A stretch of DNA of 56,812 nt, filler included, from Sphacelaria rigidula (taxonomy: Eukaryota), in the NCBI GenBank assembly GCA_964200075.2. It is 6 parts of 6 records of this genome, joined end to end, with 100 filler letters (N's around TTAATTAATTAA, not from the genome) between each part and the next. Parts side by side here need not be neighbours in the genome. Positions count along the whole stretch, not along the records: positions 47,428 to 56,812 come from CAXNAA020008620.1; 5 more parts are not named here. One strand, 5' to 3'. The first letter of the stretch is position 1. Each line of letters begins with the position of its first letter. Both the position numbers and the translations under genes were made by a program. The notes beneath the pieces were generated by a model that saw nothing but the letters and a program-made list of their open reading frames with translations, ran no database searches and was not told the origin of the DNA. Positions 49,087-56,812 of this stretch are shown here, in pieces.

Positions 49087-49486
49087 GAGGGGGGGTGTTC
49101 CGGATCGCAGCGTGGCGTGATGGAGATAGTACGATGATGGGTCGTCGGTTTCAAAACGACACTATGCCCGAAGGGCTGATTGCGGGAACTGGCTAGTACC
49201 GTGGTCAGGGGTCAAGGCGGTGTAATCCGTCGAAAGACGGTATACATAAACATGCCTCTTTACATCTGGCTGGATCCGGTTCTTTACAAGACTCGATCCA
49301 GCTGCCACCCTGGGATTCACTCTCTTTTGAGTGCTGAGGTAAACCCCACCAAGAAAGGAAAAGAAATCGAATCGACCTGAAGAGGTGATCAAGATATCGT
49401 GACACTCGTCGTGTATCGTTCTGCACTGGACTTGCCCACGTGCTGTGAGCTTACGCTTGTTTCAGACATAATGGTGAGACTGTAAC
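49087..49486 (+). mobile_element. PPT (49087-49095) - single LTR (49096-49468, TGT...ACA) - candidate PBS (49472-49486)
   Basis: GAGGGGGGG immediately before TGTTCCGG; ...TTTCAGACA taa TGGTGAGACTG. The LTR right boundary is inferred from the PBS because no second LTR copy is available. Confidence 0.6.
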
Positions 49487-52400
49487 GAGGTTGATTTAGA
49501 TAACAAGTAGATGCATGAAGGTCGGCAAGTAGTTAGAAATGAACTAGTACACAATCAGAATGGTGTATTTTCAATGTGTTCCTGCGTATTCATAATGATG
49601 TATATCAATCATCACGCATTTGTCTATGCATGCTTTGACTTAACTAGATACTTCGCTCTAGGATATCGCCTCGCACAGTAGAGATACGCATGTCAACAAC
49701 AACACTGGCCAACACAATTCTGTTTGTATCATGGTGCTTCCAACCGGGACTATTGTATCGCTGTATACCATCTGTGGGTTCTTCAGGAAGGTACCATGCT
49801 GCAGGAGGAGATGTCTAGCAACGGCTGAGGGATTCGATTTTCTTTATATGCTTTGAAGTATTAAACAAGAATACATGGTGCAACCTCGTCTGCATCACCA
49901 TGCCAGATTTGTGATAACAAGGACATAACTTGACAGAAAAGTAAACAACTATCATGATGTTCGCTGGGAGAGACACCCTCACGTTAGGCGCCAGTACAGA
50001 GGTAATCAAAATGCGGAAACTCATGTGGTCAGGGTGGGGACAATCAACCCACTCCGGAGAGCGGACCGCTTTTGGGGAGAAACAACGAAGATGTTGATCA
50101 ATAACGCACATTCTACAAAAAATAGTATTAAAACGGTGGAATCGGGTGATCCCAATCTGTACTAATTTGCAAAAATTATGTTTCTATTGCGGAACGCGTA
50201 CGAAACTAAAACAGGAGCGAACGTCAACCAAACAGAGCCATCATTACACGATCATGCGTAGAGATGCGCTCAATCGAGCAAAAAGGAAGTAGTCCGGACA
50301 GACCCTACAAGATACAATTTTGAAAAGAACGTCAAGACGAGTCAGCTGCCCAGGCGGGCGTTTGAATTCTGAGTGCGCACATGTAAAATGAATGGAGAAC
50401 ATAAAGCACCGCCACATACGTGACCAAAAGGGCACATACCCATACAGCTAACAATAGAATGGCGGGTCATTTGATTTAAAATCCAGACCCGTCCGAAAAA
50501 CGACGTCTGTTTTTCTCTTCGAGGTCGTGGACCAAAAGTTAACCGAGGCGTTACCCGCGGGTGTAAAAGTAAATCAACTGGTCAGCAGGCGATCGCGTAT
50601 GCACTTTAAGTCGCTGCCTACTGGGTTTATCCGGCGCCACTGAAGATGTGTGTTTACAGCGTTAAAATGGCGATCATTGTTTACCGCTGGGCTTTATGTG
50701 TCTATCAATGTTACAGTAAAACAGCATGTGAAGGGGCGATTTTTCGCGTGATTAGTCACCTGCGTAGGTACATAAAAATTAGGTCAGGCACGATACTGCT
50801 ACATGCTGACATCGTCTCCACACCACGCTATAAAACGGCTGTAGGCTTGCTGTGCACAACGCACGGGTGTGGTGGTACACCGTCCGTTTCCAGTGAGGTA
50901 AAACACCTGAAGGCTAGCTTGTATACCGCTCAGCGGATGTTGGATGTGCGCGCCCCTTCTGTACAAGTCAGCCGGTGAAGCTGATTTGCACCTCACAAAA
51001 ACAGACGAAAGATTTTCAGGCTCGCATGAACCATATCTTTAGGTGCACGAGTTCCTTTAAGAGCATAAAATGATGTATCCATGCGAAGGCGAGACACCCT
51101 TTCTGCCTACAATGCTACAGCTGTGAATAGTAGCCATCGCTGTGATGAGAGTTAGCTAATGCATGTCTGCAACCACGGGAAACCCCACAAAGGCAGTCGT
51201 GCCGAGAGCATTGCTGTACGATGTACAAAGAAAGTATCCGTATACATTTTGTTTAGTATAATTACGGATTATTTGACCATTGGATTGACCGCCAGCGCTC
51301 GAGTTCATGGGTTGAAGAACTAGGCAACGTGATCAGTCAACCTTGTGCTACCATGACAGTTGTAACCCCTGGAGGAAAAGATCGTAATGATGGCACTTGG
51401 CGCGTGCTATCGGGGGGTTAGATTCAAATTTATGAGCCGTCACTAATGTGAAACCTCAGACTGGGTATGATGCCTAACACAGCGTGCCGGTGCCACCTCG
51501 GATGTTATCAATTCTCAGACGGCGATAGAGAGAGGAACATGGAGCCATGATAGGTGTACTCACAACTCAAGCGACTTCTGATGTGAGCTGTGGATTATAG
51601 TGTAATGAACACCGATCTGGGTGCATTTCGCACCAGGCTACAGCTGTGGTTACCCTTTTCGAGACTCGCGCCTCTCTTTGAGTGATCCAGACTGATAATT
51701 TTTCTAGAAAGAGCCGGTGAACTTTTTCTAGAAAGAGCCGGATCTATTAGCGATGGTTGATTCGACAGGATCAAGGAAAGATTTTCATAATCTTCATTCT
51801 GCTATACTGGTTGTTGGATTATCCACGCAACAGCTGCGGTGCGCCCGGTTGTTGCCGAGTGATGCAGTTGCAAGGGGCAAGGTTATGTTGTCTTCAGCCA
51901 TCGTGTTACCGTTACGATAGTCTACCGGTGAAGCAGGTTATCCCGGGATTGTTGAAAGCGGGGTATCACGACATATGTATGGATAGTCACTTATTCTAAA
52001 ACTGGGTCGAGACGTTGAATTATACCCTCTACAGACGACCGGTTGATTGAGTTGTGACTGCGCTTACAAGAAAGGCGGTATATAATGTATTGACTGTTCA
52101 CAACCCAGTACGAGTATATTGACTCTGTATTCAATCTAGTAATGCACATGTAGTATGCTTTTCAAGGCAGAACAAAAAGGGTCCTTTCAGATTTTAGCTA
52201 TACTAGGTGTTACTGTATTATTGATCGATTTGCACACACGATGCGGGGCAATTAACAGAATTCGAAGAAACTGATCATGGGCGTACACCACATCGAGCAG
52301 ACCCACGATGATTGAGTGATCGAGCAGTATTGAACTGTACGGTGGTTTGGCATCACTGCATGTGATTAGCTTCACGACGCAAGCACTGTATTAAGGCCGG

Positions 52401-53984
52401 TAGCCAGGACCGGATGTTCCAGTTCGTTCACTGAAGCCAGCTACGCTTAGAGTGTGCTGTTATTTCAAATCATTACATGCAGCCACAAAGCCGCCGCGTG
52501 TTGTTATCTGTCTTGAACCAGCAGTTTCAGAGTGCTGCTCATGTTGAGTATGGTGTTGAGGAGGATTGCGGTTAGCCTTTAGACAACAAGAGCAGGTCAT
52601 CTGTTGAATGAGCATCAATTTCACGCAGTGGTGTAGAATGTCTGCGTCTATGACCAAAACGCATTGTGACCTGTCTACAGTGAATCTCCAGTGAACCATT
52701 TATTACGAAGGTTACCACACATGAGGCATTTACCCTACCTCCTGGTCAGGGGGGGTAAGCACTGATAGTCGGAATGTTATTGTCATGAAAATGGAAGTAA
52801 CCATGACGTGGTTCTCACTACTAGGATAGCTCAAGGCTGTGGGGTGTATTTCTATGGTGTTGAATAGACCTGACCCAACGGTGTATTGTAGTTAGTTCAC
52901 GTCTTTAAATACATGAAAGGATCGTTTCCAAGTGTACTCAAACGCTGATCATAATATTGTTTTCTCTTCCGCAATATTGATTCGACGATTCCTGGGGAGG
53001 CGGATTATCAATCCATCAGTCATGGATCCCCTAAGTATTCCACCCATGGCTGCGTTGGTCACCTCAACACTGCCGCGATTGGACAACTACTACTGAGAGT
53101 GTTGCAAGCCAAAAGACCTGCACAAGGCTACCCGACGAACGTTCCCCCCCCGATTCCCGTTGTCTGTCTACTCTGCACGTGCTGGCGACCAACTACAAGA
53201 GTCGATCGTCTAATCGGGCATGTTTTGACCACCTTCGGGTTCTTCTGGATAGGGCTTCTGGTCTTGAGGGTCTACGGACTCCACGCATTCTTTTGCCGAA
53301 ATATATATATCAAAGAGAAATCGACAGAGTGGTTGGCTGGTGCTGAACAACGAGAGTAACAATTGACGACATTATGCACTTTGCTAGCATATAAGCCAGA
53401 CAACGTGTGAATGAATTGGGAAATTCGTGTGATTTCGAAGTATGCGTGTGTTATACAATAGGCTCACCCACAAGCAGGCAGGAAATCGCTACATACAGGG
53501 AAATGAAGGAGGACGGAGGACCAAGATAGCAACACCGTGCTCGTTCGAACAGATTATGGGAGCCATTTTTCCCCCCCGCGTGCTCTTCCAGGTTGACAGG
53601 AGGCCGAGGCCTGGGAGAACATCCTTGATTATTCCCCATTTAGGGAAATCCGAGCCGAATGCTCATATGAACCCGCCCCACGCGATCAAATTTTATGTCA
53701 TGCTTTCCTGCTTTCCGGTTCCCCCTTGTTCACCTTCCCTTTCTGCTTTCCACTCTTGTACCCTGATGGAAATTGAGGCTGTATGTTCTATCCCATTGTG
53801 TCTTTTCGCCGTTGGTGAGTTCAGGACGTTTCTCACCCCATTCTGCTCAACGCGCCCACGAGACGGTGGGGTACAGTGTCGATATTATGAAGTACGTTTG
53901 ACTGATGTTATTTTATCCATGTGGCATATGTGTGCAGGTTATCGTTTCAAGTACCGAATAGCCAACTTGAAAATCGGCAAAAGG

Positions 53985-55670
53985 ATGAGCGGAAACCCCT
54001 TGAACCCGCAAGCCCAACCCTTCTACCCATCCGGGTTTAGTCAACAGCCTCCAGTGCAAGCCCCTCAACAGCAGCAACATTTCGTCCCTGTTCAGCAACA
54101 ACAGGCTGTTGCACCCCCTCAGCAACAGTTTGTTGGACCTGTTCAGCAACAGCAAGCCGTCGCACCTTCTCAGCAACAGGTTCTTGGACCTGTTCAGCAA
54201 CAGCAGGCTGCCGTACCTTCTCAGCAGCAGGCTGTTGGACCGCTTCCGCAGTAACAGGTGGCCGCACATCCTCATCAGCAGGTTCTGCAACAGCAACAGC
54301 AAGGGTACTTTGGTCCGATGCCTCAGCATGTCAAGCCGTCTGTTCCTCCGCCTATTCAGCCGGCAATGCCAGTCTCTGTGCCTCAGGGGGCTCATCAAGC
54401 CCCGGCCGCTGGAAATTTCACTCATTCCCAGCTGCCACCTCCACCGCCGTTGCTCCCACAGCGCCGCTCGAGATTTACGGTCGCGCCAGACCCGGTTAGT
54501 CTCTACTGCAGTCCGTTCTACGGATCTCTCAATCCCTCTGGTGTAACCCCGGCAGCCCAATCCAGGCTGGATGGGCTGACTCCGCATGGGGCCACGTACC
54601 CTCGTGTTCCCGCACCATACCCGTCTGATCACAACTGGTCGGCTGCACTGAAACACCAACAAGCGATGTCCCGTCAAGCAAACCCTTTGGCCAAGCTTCT
54701 CGGTTCCAAAGACACCGACACCATCGTTTACAAGGCACGGTCTGTAGATCACAATGCAGAACTGACTTATCATAGCTCCGCGGTCTTGTTCGCGAACCAT
54801 TTTCGTACCACGCTTGGGTCGTATGAAGGGGGAAATTGGAGGGTCGCTACTGATGCACACATGACCAGTAAGCCGCTGAAACCACAAGCGGATCAGTACA
54901 CAGATAGACGCAGGGGCCTTCTGATGCGTGCAATGCTGCCTACTTCCGCAGCGTATACGGAGATGACAAGTTGGAGGGAGAACCAGATCTCGGTACCTGG
55001 CGTAACAGGAAATTTCATACGCGTACCGTTTGGAGACGTAGCCGCTCTGGAGTGGCTCCGGAAGCTAGCAGCGAAAGAAGCGAGGATGGGTGTAAACCAT
55101 GCACAGACTGCACTGCACAACATGAAACTACCCAAGAATGAGAGTTATGTAGCAGCCGCTCATTGGCTGATACTGTTAACTATGGCAGCCACGGTTTCTT
55201 CAGCCTCTCCACACCTCGCAGAGGGGGAATACTTCTAGAGGGCAACCTCGGAAGTTTGGGTCTTACATATGTGCAGCACTTTCCATAAGTTGGTAATCCC
55301 CAACCAGACTGCACAAATCGTATCACATACGTTACTACAAACACCCAACAAAGCCTTAGAGGACGACGTCGGCTCCTTACCAGTTCACCATGGAGACCCG
55401 TGCAGCCCCGACATGAAGAAGCGAGGGCGTCGCACGTATCATATATGTAGTGAATTTGTATCGGCCATTCAACGTCACTGTGAATGTTCTAGAACATCTA
55501 CTGAGGCGATGAATAGCGCTACTGCAGCATTAACACGCCCCGCACCCAAGCCCATATACGCGGGGTTGATGGAAGTTAAGAAGCGACTCATGCAAGAAGC
55601 AGAGGAAGAAAAATAAGGGCAAGACTTCGACTCCGTTGCTACCTTCAGCAACCAAAAGGCGTCAACACCA
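53985..55670 (+). pseudogene. gag: Gag N-terminal and central part with ~51-nt PVQQQQAVAPxQQQ repeats; in-frame stops at 54252, 55236, 55614
   Basis: One reading frame, collinear with the contig-2 gag through VATFSNQKAS (cf. VAAFSNQPAS); upstream acceptor tgtgtgcag suggests a 5'-UTR intron. Confidence 0.8.
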
Positions 55671-55671
55671 C

Positions 55672-56812
55672 GACCTGCTTCATTAAGTTCTCTCAACACG
55701 GATAACAGCTGGGTCTTCTGCGCCGGACCCAACTGGCCCATGTTCGCCTCCGTGAGATCTACTCCTGTGGCTTCAGTTGTGTCCTTCTCCATTTCGGTTG
55801 GTTCCGGAGGCTGTTGGGAAGGGGCTGGCGTAGTCCCTCGATCCTCCAGCCTCGACTTCAGCGTGGTTCCCGTGTCGGACACATGAACATTTTGCAACCA
55901 CTCGCGATCTCGAACATTCATGGCCACAACCTTCGCCACTACCATACCTTTCTTCACCAGGCGAGTACTCTTGGCCGTGTTGACCACCTTTCATACTAAC
56001 GGCAACTGTGGGTCCCACCACTGCACTCCCCTGGCTACCTCTATCTCGGCTTCCTCATCTAAATCGGACAACTTTCGAGGTTCGATCAACACGAGTTTTC
56101 GTTCCTGTGGTTGAGGACCTCGCACATAGCCTGGAACTAGCTCGCTAACGAAGCCTTCTAACCTTGCGTCCTCCGTCAGCCGCAGAAGCCATTGAAGTGT
56201 AGCGTCGTCCTCCCACGCCGCTCCAAGGCTCTTCCACACCTCATCCCATGCTGCCAGATCGCTCTCTTCCGACAACACCCTTGTCGGGTCGTCACTGAGC
56301 GCGCTTGGCTCGACAGCACAGAAGAGATTCCACCTTACCGAATCTCCTTGGCCGGTGAGGTGATCGGTGTCAACAGCTCCGAGTTTTGGTGAACCATGAG
56401 ACACGAATCTTACCCACGGAGCTTCCGGCGAAGGTCGAAATCCTGATCGACCTTCAAAAGACAGTGTACTCTTGTTCCTTCTAAAGAAACTTGCCCCCAA
56501 AATTAATCCGTACTGCAATCCATCGACCACCCTGACCCATACTTTCCTTATCCTATCCTTTGGGTGGAACCGAATCGGGATTACCGTTGACCCTAGAATC
56601 TTCATCGGAGGCGTCCGGCTGTCACCAGGGTGTGCTGCCCTCAAAAATCCTGCTCCCTATCGCTGCAGCTTGCCTGTGATATTACCCCACGTCACCAATG
56701 ACTTCCACCACTACTTCGATGCATAGCTACCCCCCCCCCGCCCCGGTGTCCAGTAACACCGTTACTGGTAAACCGTGGCTACTTTTACTGTGGTGCCAAA
56801 CTCTAGCTTGCA
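55672..56812 (-). pseudogene. pol: Pol N-terminus: aspartic protease and spacer up to the start of the RT region; part of the inverted segment
   Basis: VLLDTGAGG...MKILGSTVIPIRF...VRVVDGLQYGLILGASFFRRN (retropepsin ILG motif)...LGPAQKTQLLSVLRELNEAG. Confidence 0.88.
56701..56812 (+). repeat. 112-bp terminal direct repeat of contig 6 (= 47428-47539)
   Basis: 111/112 identical; the first and last bases of the same contig. Confidence 0.97.

Noticed and set aside
53100-53460. TG...CA-bounded segment with a TATA-like run as an alternative 5' LTR
   Set aside because: No similarity to the PPT-adjacent LTR at 49096 and no convincing PBS; may simply be an internal promoter.
53913-54887. 324-aa minus-strand ORF, and similar shadow ORFs such as 6713-7246 and 1216-1902
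   Set aside because: Antisense shadows of low-complexity coding sequence or microsatellites.

Overview
The window is not one locus. It is six unrelated eukaryotic contigs of almost identical length (1-9386, 9487-18872, 18973-28357, 28458-37842, 37943-47327, 47428-56812; 9385-9386 bp each), joined by artificial 100-nt N44-TTAATTAATTAA-N44 linkers. The long-intron, short-exon gene structure and the repeat families suggest a brown alga (Phaeophyceae); this is inference. Host genes: five exons of a possible auxilin-like protein (contig 1), two exons of the splicing factor CDC5 (contig 3), the last two exons of an ERG8-type phosphomevalonate kinase (contig 4), and an intact intronless hybrid histidine kinase with a NarX/PilJ-type (nitrate-sensor-like) extracellular domain (contig 5, possibly of phaeoviral or bacterial origin). 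The remainder is mobile DNA. Contigs 2 and 6 each carry a diverged member of one unusual Ty3/Gypsy lineage. The two copies share a candidate PBS (TGGTGAGAYTG), a 4.5-7 kb leader before gag, a P/Q-rich Gag with a CCCH finger, and a conserved UGA-RGGUGCGCCCYGGG plus hairpin at an in-frame gag/pol boundary (candidate readthrough signal). The contig-2 leader holds a decayed antisense spliced gene. The contig-6 integrase ends in chromo-like plus Tudor-like domains, and contig 6 is terminally redundant (single-LTR circle or tandem unit) with an internal inversion. Also present: C-tract-associated LINE 3' ends, a hAT MITE nested in a LINE inside a CDC5 intron, several foldback MITEs and minisatellites.
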